Positions 62,011 through 64,000 of a stretch of DNA of 64,000 nucleotides are shown one piece after another; the first letter of the stretch is position 1; each line of letters starts with the position of its first letter. The notes beneath the pieces were generated by a model that saw only the letters and a list, made by a program, of their open reading frames with translations, made no database searches and was not told where the DNA came from. The translations under genes were made by a program, and so were the position numbers. The stretch is from Tubulanus polymorphus (taxonomy: Eukaryota; Animalia; Nemertea), in NCBI RefSeq assembly GCF_964204645.1, contig NC_134026.1, forward strand, positions 21,300,150 through 21,364,149, in the 5' to 3' direction.

Positions 62011-62469
62011 AGCCCGGCGCACACGAGGCAATTTTCAGTCGCCGGTTGCTGCGACCGATTTTTCAGCAACCATTGAGCAATCGATCGCTTGGTGTCGCCC
62101 GTGTGCTACCACTGGAGACGGAGAGGCGATTATATTTCCCGCCAAACATCTTTATCATGTGACTTGTTAAGATGGCCACGCTACTAACCCGGGTGATGCC
62201 GTATTTGGAAGTATCACATGATAATTATTCGCTTACTCATTGGCTAGGTTGATGAGGTGATCGTTGCTTGGTATCTCCAGCTACCGAGCGATCGCCGAGC
62301 AATTTCTCGGCGACAAGCAATTTTCCGTCGCCCAATATCAAACATGTTTGATATTGGGCGACACGGAGCAATTCCTTTCGACGAGCAATCGCTGTCGCTC
62401 GTTCGACGCCGAGCAATTCGGGCGGTTGCTCGAGAATTGCTCGAAACTGTCGCCCGTGTGCGCCGGGCT
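62011..62469. mobile_element. PIF/Harbinger-like MITE, TAA TSD
   Basis: TAA-agcccggcgcacacg ... cgtgtgcgccgggct-TAA, perfect 15-bp TIR; repeated gagcaat motif; decayed relative at about 61360-61532. Confidence 0.85.
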
Positions 62470-62976
62470 TAACAGACTTAAATCTGATTTCGGGAATGCA
62501 AATATATAGTCAAATGTGGGTTTTTCGTAAATGATCCGCATTTGATTTCAAATATGTTGATATTTACCAAAATGTGCCGAACGATCCAGATTTATCGGGA
62601 TATCAATCGAATTGAATTAAGATTTATGTACTGTTAGATTTACCAAATTATCTGGATTTTGCGCGTATAATTACAAACGCAGTTGAATCACACTATTCTG
62701 TAGATTTTTTATATATTTCAACATATTTTACATACTTTACCTAGTCCAATCAAATAAAGTCCTTCAATCGATATTTTTAAATCTAAGCTCAAAACCCATT
62801 GGTTCATCAAAGCTTTTGATTTACCTCGTCTAAGTTTTCTATGTTCTCTTTTTATGTATGATTTAAAGCCAATGAGCATATTTTATATGGAATTTAGGCT
62901 GAATAAATGATTATTATTATCATTAATATTATTATTCTTATTATTATCATTATATGGGTATATCATATATTTGCAG

Positions 62977-63252
62977 ACTCGTCGTTGAAATTGAAGGGCC
63001 CTCCGCCGACGCCGTTGGAAGTTGTCGTCGGGCACCTGATCGTTTTGCGGTGTAAAGTGAAAGGACATCCGAGGCCGTTCACTTCGTGGTACTTCAAGGG
63101 AAAATCGTTGCAGATCGACCAAAAAAGACTCACGGTGAGCCCTCAAACGTTGAAAATCCAAAACGCGACGTTTTCAGACACGGGCGTGTACAGATGTCTG
63201 GCTGAAAATGGAAAAAAGCAGCTATGGGTGAACTTTACGGTGAACGTTATCG
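62977..63252 (+). CDS. FGFR: FGFR-like receptor, Ig-I (I-set) exon
   Basis: ttgcag|...LRCKVKGHPRPFTSWYF...LKIQNATFSDTGVYRCLAEN...FTVNVI|gtaagt; C-W-DxGxYxC pattern, phase 1-1. Confidence 0.88.
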
Positions 63253-63395
63253 GTAAGTCCTCAACGTTAACGTTCACATATAATTTAAAGTCTTATCTCC
63301 GTCAATTGCGTTTCAAAGATTTTAAAAACGCGCAATTGCATATAATGCTATTTTGTTTTCTTCTTTTTTTAATGTTGATATGTTCGATTCTGTAG

Positions 63396-63470
63396 ATCCT
63401 CCCAAATGGGACCCAGCTCCACCCGGCGAAAAATGGTTGGATCCTAAAGACGTTGATATCGCAAAGCCAT
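63396..63470 (+). CDS. FGFR: FGFR-like receptor, Ig-I/Ig-II linker exon
   Basis: tgtag|(D)PPKWDPAPPGEKWLDPKDVDIAKP|gtaagt; 75 nt, phase 1-1, open frame. Confidence 0.75.
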
Positions 63471-63794
63471 GTAAGTACCGACACATGACACTAGCTGGCA
63501 GCATCAGCTAAGGCTAATAACTTCTGTGATCAATAGTCGATCCCTGAATATCTGCAATCTTGGGAACAATCATTATGTGGCAGTTCATCGAGGGTGGTTG
63601 AACCCATTTTAATCTTTTAACGATGAGCAAAACTTTTCAAATTGGACATTCAAAAGTTTGTATGAATAGGGTGCGTTAGTGCAGGGTGACGTATAACCGA
63701 GGGTTGACTCTACATTTTGCCAGTTTCAGCGAATAATGTTATCATGTATTTTTAACTAGTTTTCATTTTTCGTCCATTTCTCTTTTTCTTCAAG

Positions 63795-63952
63795 TGTCAC
63801 CCCATTGGAGTATCAAGCGTGATAACACCCGCACGATCATTCGACCGGCCGGTCAATCAGCCGAGTTCAGGTGTCACAACATCGGCAATCCACAACCGGT
63901 CCTCACGTGGTTTAAAAATGGAGAAAAGTTCTTGACTCGGCCATTTTCAACG
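63795..63952 (+). CDS. FGFR: FGFR-like receptor, first half of Ig-II (gene continues beyond the window)
   Basis: (L)SPHWSIKRDNTRTIIRPAGQSAEFRCHNIGNPQPVLTWFKNGEKFLTRPFST|gtaaac; resembles FGFR D2 (PxW...PA...FxC...GxPxPxLxWxKNGxxF) with a phase-0 intron splitting D2 as in vertebrate FGFR genes. Confidence 0.82.
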
Positions 63953-64000
63953 GTAAACGATTGAAAGCGTACGGATAACAAAAACCCATAGTAATAACCC

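Noticed and set aside
62907-62976. Ile-rich N-terminus of the 162-aa ORF as a signal peptide or TM segment
   Set aside because: Intronic (ATT)n-like sequence upstream of a clear ttgcag acceptor; the real leader is more likely the 52132 exon

Overview
Eukaryotic (animal) genomic DNA, AT-rich and intron-containing, probably from a marine invertebrate; the repeat styles suggest a lophotrochozoan, but that is an inference. 169-5328 (+) holds the last ten coding exons of a HECT E3 ubiquitin ligase orthologous to HECTD2. One of its introns (1118-1310) carries U12-type (minor spliceosome) signals, and a probable ~3 kb 3'UTR follows. The rest of the window is the 5' part of an FGF-receptor-like gene (+): a probable non-coding first exon ending at 13396, a ~38.7 kb intron, a signal-peptide exon (ATG 52132), a ~10.7 kb intron, and exons for Ig-I, a linker with no acid box, and the first half of Ig-II. 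Non-coding DNA is dense in short non-autonomous elements (PIF/Harbinger-like, hAT-like with 5/6-bp TSDs, Tc1/pogo-like, MULE/foldback-like, Helentron-like, one SINE), microsatellites and local duplications. Almost all ORFs in the supplied track are spurious. I found no convincing new gene system. The most unusual signals are a palindromic repeat family whose arms look like outward-facing tRNA-type Pol III promoters, the atypical FGFR ectodomain, a MADF-domain relic in a Harbinger-like element, and the U12 intron.
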